In this document: positions 59,722-64,000 of the stretch, one piece after another | Layout: each line of letters starts with the position of its first letter | How positions within the stretch are numbered: the first letter of the stretch is position 1 | Origin: Escherichia phage AnYang | Length of the DNA stretch: 64,000 bases | Sequence record: MK234886 | Direction: 5' to 3' (one strand) | The notes under the pieces: generated by a model | The model's input: only the letters and a program-made list of their open reading frames with translations | Database searches by the model: none | Told to the model about the DNA's origin: nothing | Program-made: the position numbers and the translations under genes

Positions 59722-60039
59722 TTAGATTTCCTCACAGAAAGCCCATTCGGCATGATAAACCGTAGCGCCTTTAGTATCATTTAAACAAACCACATCTACC
59801 GGAGCAATTACACGATAAAGACGGGGTTCTCCTCCCACTGAACGAGCTGCACGTCCAGCATAAATCTTAGCCAAACCGATATCTTCAGTAAAGAACACAC
59901 GATTTAGGTTTTTCTTACGACCGGTTTCAGACAAAACTCCTGTTTCCTCAGGAGGACAAAGCATATTACCGATATTAGCAACACTACAACTTCCATGATA
60001 ATACACTTTATATTCTGCTTTACAGTCGATGGTTTTCAT
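59722..60039 (-). CDS. Arr-like minimal ADP-ribosyltransferase candidate (H-Y-[ED] class)
   Basis: YYHGSCSVANIGNML / RVFFTEDIGLAKIYAG / RLYRVIAPVD align by eye with the Arr rifampin ADP-ribosyltransferase core as I recall it; own promoter 60064..60092. Confidence 0.5.
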   Translation of the reverse strand: MKTIDCKAEYKVYYHGSCSVANIGNMLCPPEETGVLSETGRKKNLNRVFFTEDIGLAKIYAGRAARSVGGEPRLYRVIAPVDVVCLNDTKGATVYHAEWAFCEEI

Positions 60040-60063
60040 TTTGTTCTCCAAGTTGATAGGTCT

Positions 60064-60092
60064 ATAGTATCACGCCTACAGGAGATGTAAAC
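60064..60092 (-). promoter_or_regulatory. T4-type early promoter (drives the Arr-like ORF and dmd)
   Basis: -35 GTTTAC (60087..60092), 17-nt spacer, -10 TACTAT (60064..60069). Confidence 0.6.
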
Positions 60093-60099
60093 CCTTAAA

Positions 60100-60122
60100 A
60101 ACAAAAAAGGAGCCGAAGCTCC
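60100..60122 (-). terminator. intrinsic terminator downstream of gene 41
   Basis: GGAGC-TTCG-GCTCC hairpin followed by TTTTTTG. Confidence 0.7.
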
Positions 60123-61562
60123 TTAAAATTTGATAGATGCGGCTAAATCGTCCAAATCACTTCTATTAACACGCGTCTGTCGATTGACCTCGGCTTGACG
60201 ATTCATCTCACCTGTAGCCTCACGAACAGTGTTCACTGGACCTGGATTGGAATCATCTTCAACTTCGTACCAACGTTGATTTCCTTTCTTAACACCAATC
60301 TTAAATTTGTTGTAGTAGCTCTTATCACCATAACGAGATTTAAGCTGCTTAACCATCTGCATACCCATTTGGGCAAACTCTTCTGTCTCGACCACACCTA
60401 ACATGAAGTCTGCAGTATGTGCAATACCAAAGGATTCGGCAATATCAGCCATATCGATTTCGGCTGCAACGTTCGCACCACGAGTAGTCTGGGCTGCAGT
60501 CCACAACAATAATTTCTTTTCTACTGCAAGTCCACGTAGTTCTTCGGCTACCATCTTAATCAATCCGTAACTGTTTTCAGAGAAAACTTTCGTACGAGAC
60601 GATGCACAGATGGCCAAGTAGTCGACGATAACGACCTGTGGGACAAAGTTTTGTTTGAGCTTATATTCGTTTAATAATGCACGGAATGTATCGGCATTAG
60701 CACCACCAGTAGGGTACTGTTTAATCTTTAAACGTCCTAAGGTAGCAGTCGAACGCCATTTATCCATCTTAGCTTTATATTCAGGCCATGATACGTGACC
60801 ATCATCGATATCATCCAGTGACACATCCAGAAGGTTGGCATCGATACGCTTAGCACATACTTCCTCTGCCATCTCCATGGAGATATAAAGAACATCGTAA
60901 CCAGATTGAAGGTAATCAGCAGCCAATGAACACAGACCAAGAGACTTACCTACGTTTGTTCCTGCCAACAATACGTTTTCAGTACCAAACTCGGCACCAC
61001 CTTTAGTAATCTTATTCAGAATATTAAGACGGAACGGAACCTTACGTGCTTTATCGGAATAACTTTTGAATCGTTCTTCATAGTCATCCATCCAGTCATG
61101 ACCTAATTCAGAATCGAAACAAATCGATAATGCATCACGCATGATATCTGGAATAGCGCCAATACCTGGAAGTTTTCTATTTTGTTGCTCAACCGGAAGG
61201 TCTGCATTAGTTTGGATTTCAATGATTTTTGAAGTTGCATTATACATCGCTGCTTTCTGAACGTATTTCTCCGTCTCTTTAACCAACCATTCTTGGTCTT
61301 CAGGTCCAGCATTCAGTGAGCTTAAAAGCTCTTTAGCTCCTTGATGTTCGACTTCTGAAAGCGTGCTGTTATCTAATGCAATGCTCAATGCGTTCTTAGA
61401 AGGCACTGCATTATATTCATTGACGTGTTTTTTAATTTCTTTGAAAAGGGTCTTTGCAGGACCCTGGTCAAAATAAGAATCATTCATATAAGGCCAGACC
61501 TTAGTGAAATAATCACTATTGCCTAGCAGTTGAGCCAAAATAGTTTCTACCACTTCCACCAC
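60123..61562 (-). CDS. 41: gp41 replicative DNA helicase (DnaB-like)
   Basis: 479 aa; RecA-like helicase motifs (GTNVGKS Walker A); size and synteny with 61 and uvsX. Confidence 0.9.
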   Translation of the reverse strand: MVEVVETILAQLLGNSDYFTKVWPYMNDSYFDQGPAKTLFKEIKKHVNEYNAVPSKNALSIALDNSTLSEVEHQGAKELLSSLNAGPEDQEWLVKETEKYVQKAAMYNATSKIIEIQTNADLPVEQQNRKLPGIGAIPDIMRDALSICFDSELGHDWMDDYEERFKSYSDKARKVPFRLNILNKITKGGAEFGTENVLLAGTNVGKSLGLCSLAADYLQSGYDVLYISMEMAEEVCAKRIDANLLDVSLDDIDDGHVSWPEYKAKMDKWRSTATLGRLKIKQYPTGGANADTFRALLNEYKLKQNFVPQVVIVDYLAICASSRTKVFSENSYGLIKMVAEELRGLAVEKKLLLWTAAQTTRGANVAAEIDMADIAESFGIAHTADFMLGVVETEEFAQMGMQMVKQLKSRYGDKSYYNKFKIGVKKGNQRWYEVEDDSNPGPVNTVREATGEMNRQAEVNRQTRVNRSDLDDLAASIKF

Positions 61563-61876
61563 CTCTTAGATTTAATTTTATCCAGTTCTTCTTGTATTTG
61601 CATTGTAACACATTTTTCTACATGAAGCGCTAGCTCTTCTTTTCGGTCTTCGGAAGGTGTTCCGAAATCAACCGACACTTTTCCATCTTTCTCAATAACA
61701 ATATTCATCACATAAACGATGTGAGCAGTGCCATCCGGTAAAGTAAGCATAATTTCCTGCTTAACAGAACCCATTGACTTACGGATTATATCTAATGATT
61801 TCTCATAATAACGAGGGTCACTAGGACCCTCTTCGGCATCTTTAACAAAATTATCTAAATCAGATAAATCAGTCAT
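61547..61876 (-). CDS. hypothetical protein at the T4 gene 40 position
   Basis: 109 aa between 41 and uvsX; synteny only. Confidence 0.4.
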   Translation of the reverse strand: MTDLSDLDNFVKDAEEGPSDPRYYEKSLDIIRKSMGSVKQEIMLTLPDGTAHIVYVMNIVIEKDGKVSVDFGTPSEDRKEELALHVEKCVTMQIQEELDKIKSKRWWKW

Positions 61877-63050
61877 GGTCGCTCACAAAATTCATGTTTT
61901 CTAAATCGCTTTCGATGTCAGCGGCGCTTTGGGTATTTCCACCTAATTTAACAGCAACGTTTTTAGAGACACGAGAGTTAATAAGGTCGTTCACTGCATC
62001 GTCAACTTCTTTAATAGAATTAATTGCACCAAGCTTATACTTATTCTCGATTGCTTCACGGAACGGAGCGTGTTTAAACAGAGGTCCCCAGAACTCAACA
62101 CAATCGGTAGCTTTAGCACGCCATGCTTTTTCTTCTTGAACCATTTCACCTGTGGTTTCGTCAAGGAATGCACGATTATACCAACCAGCTTTAGGTTTCA
62201 CGACAAAGCCGATATCGGTAGCCATTTCAAGCAGACCAGAGAACGGGTCGATACCACCTTCGAAGTTAACGGTGATAGGGAACGTTGATTTCTCTTTAAC
62301 CGTACGAGATTTCTCTGCTTTCAGTGTGAAGTCATAACCAGTGAGCTCAGTACCATCTTTAACTTGGCGTTTAGAGATAAAGAACACGGTAGAAGCAGAG
62401 TACAGAATACCAGTACCACCACCCATAATCTCTTTAGGATACATTCCACCAATTTCCATAGCCGTGTGGTTAATTGCTACGCAAGGGATATCCTTGATGG
62501 TCAGATAAGGTGTTACGATACGGAACAGAGATTTCAGTGACTTAGCACGAGTCATATCACCTACAACTTTCTCGTTCAAAGCATCTTCGGTTTCTTTCTT
62601 AGAAGCAGTGTTACCAATGGAGTCGATAAAGATAATAACCTTTTCGCCACGAGTAATTTCTTCTAACTGGTTGGTCATATCAACTTTAAGCTGTTCGACT
62701 GACTGGATTGGTGTATGAACCACACGTTCCAAATCAACACCCATCGAACGGAAATAAGATTCTGAAGCACCAAACTCAGAGTCATAGAACAAACAAATTG
62801 CGTCTGGATATTTCTTCATATATGCCGCAACCATGGTAAGTCCAAACAACGTTTTAAAGTGTTTAGATGGGGCAGCAAAGATTGTCAAACCTGATTGTAA
62901 GCCTGCATTCAATGCACCGCCTAATGCAATATTCAGCATAGGGATACGAGTAGGAACTTCGTCACGACCATTAAACAATTTAGATTTGGTCAGGTCGGCA
63001 GTCATTTTAGAAGTAGAAGCTTTAATCAAACGGGATTTTAAATCGGACAT
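61869..63050 (-). CDS. uvsX: UvsX recombinase (RecA/Rad51-like)
   Basis: 393 aa; RecA-fold with Walker A region; size and position match T4 UvsX. Confidence 0.9.
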   Translation of the reverse strand: MSDLKSRLIKASTSKMTADLTKSKLFNGRDEVPTRIPMLNIALGGALNAGLQSGLTIFAAPSKHFKTLFGLTMVAAYMKKYPDAICLFYDSEFGASESYFRSMGVDLERVVHTPIQSVEQLKVDMTNQLEEITRGEKVIIFIDSIGNTASKKETEDALNEKVVGDMTRAKSLKSLFRIVTPYLTIKDIPCVAINHTAMEIGGMYPKEIMGGGTGILYSASTVFFISKRQVKDGTELTGYDFTLKAEKSRTVKEKSTFPITVNFEGGIDPFSGLLEMATDIGFVVKPKAGWYNRAFLDETTGEMVQEEKAWRAKATDCVEFWGPLFKHAPFREAIENKYKLGAINSIKEVDDAVNDLINSRVSKNVAVKLGGNTQSAADIESDLENMNFVSDHD

Positions 63051-63127
63051 TATATTTTTCCATAGGCACCATTATATTTTACTCACGTTTTAAGATAGGG
63101 TAATTATATCACTTCACATTTACAGCG

Positions 63128-63991
63128 TTAAAGGACCACGTCCTCATAACTTGGCATTTCGTGCTCAGAATGGATGTGGGCACCGAAATAAATGAATTCA
63201 GCCAGTCCAGGATGGAATACTAAACCAGGATTCTCATGATAAATGATATGAGGTCTTGATTTCAGAATCTGGTAATATTCAACCTTACTCGGTTTGAATT
63301 TAATAATCTCTACATCAGGACGATAGTCTTCACGTTTAAATGAATCATTCGGATCGGTGATATAAAGACGAGCACCTTCAGCCGCAGCTTGGTCTACAAC
63401 TCTTTCGAATTGATAACACTTATCAGAGATACGGAACGGATGGAAAATACCATCAATTTTAATAGGCGCTAGACCTTCAGAGTAACGCTCAATTACTGCG
63501 GGATTAATTACCTTTTGGTCTACAAAAATCTTATCAGAGGACGCACCTCGTGACACCAGGACGTCTTTCTGACATTGATTCAGGACTGTAGTATAAATCG
63601 AACGTTCAACTGAAGACACGTCGATATCAATGAACTCATCAATATAATAACGAGGAACTTCAGGGTCCATTGTAATGTTAAAGTTGAATTGTACAGTCTG
63701 AGTGCCATCATAACCTGTGATATCGGTTACTAATCCTGAGCAGTCATAGTATTCGATTAATGAATCAACGACGAACTCGTTTTCAGACCAAAAATGTTTA
63801 CGGGTTTCATAAGCATTTTCTTTATACCAAAGCGGCACAAAATTCAGTTCAGGAAACAATTCAATACATTCTTTGATATCGCTCGAATTTCTAGGATAAG
63901 CCAGATAATCACCTGGGCGAGCACGGTTTAAATGGAGTTGAAAATTGCCGTCCTTAAGGACGGCATATTCACCTGTTTCGTAACTACGCAT
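63128..63991 (-). CDS. hypothetical protein at the T4 beta-gt position; may extend beyond window end
   Basis: 287 aa ORF with no resemblance to my recollection of T4 beta-glucosyltransferase; first Met is 10 nt from the window edge. Confidence 0.45.
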   Translation of the reverse strand: MRSYETGEYAVLKDGNFQLHLNRARPGDYLAYPRNSSDIKECIELFPELNFVPLWYKENAYETRKHFWSENEFVVDSLIEYYDCSGLVTDITGYDGTQTVQFNFNITMDPEVPRYYIDEFIDIDVSSVERSIYTTVLNQCQKDVLVSRGASSDKIFVDQKVINPAVIERYSEGLAPIKIDGIFHPFRISDKCYQFERVVDQAAAEGARLYITDPNDSFKREDYRPDVEIIKFKPSKVEYYQILKSRPHIIYHENPGLVFHPGLAEFIYFGAHIHSEHEMPSYEDVVL

Positions 63992-64000
63992 ACTGAAAAT

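Noticed and set aside
63051-63127. Early or middle promoter upstream of uvsX
   Set aside because: Two TATAAT-like hexamers present, but no GTTTAC -35 or clear MotA box at the correct spacing.

Overview
This window reads as a T4-like (T-even, Straboviridae) myovirus genome segment, gene-dense and almost entirely collinear with the T4 map. Every gene call rests on my reading of the translated ORFs against remembered T4 protein sequences and gene order; no database search was run. Early and middle genes run on the minus strand: 5' end of DNA ligase (gene 30), rIII, 31, cd, pseT, separated Rz/Rz1-type spanins, alc, rnlA, denA, nrdB, nrdA, td, frd, 32, 59, 33, dsbA, rnh, then asiA, motA, 52, stp, ndd, rIIB, rIIA, 39, dexA, dda, two ModA/ModB-like ADP-ribosyltransferases, soc, 56, 61, dmd, 41, uvsX. 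The late long-tail-fiber module 34-35-36-37-38 and holin t sit on the plus strand behind TATAAATA late promoters. About twenty copies of a conserved early-promoter cassette (GTTTAC -35, 17-18 bp spacer, TACTAT/TATAAT -10, often inside an inverted repeat) precede minus-strand genes. Departures from T4 are the main interest: an Arr-like minimal ADP-ribosyltransferase ORF inserted between dmd and gene 41, small basic paralogs and a Cys-rich peptide beside dmd, a NADAR/YbiA-like ORF coupled to a HAD-like ORF near ligase, freestanding GIY-YIG homing endonucleases, a T2-type fibre tip (gp37 with a C-terminal chaperone-like domain plus Gly-rich gp38), an unsplit gene 39, no introns in td/nrdB, and an unrecognised ORF where T4 has beta-gt. 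Several ORFs under 60 aa that the ORF track omits were found by hand, including an exact Stp-like peptide. No rRNA, tRNA or CRISPR array was seen.
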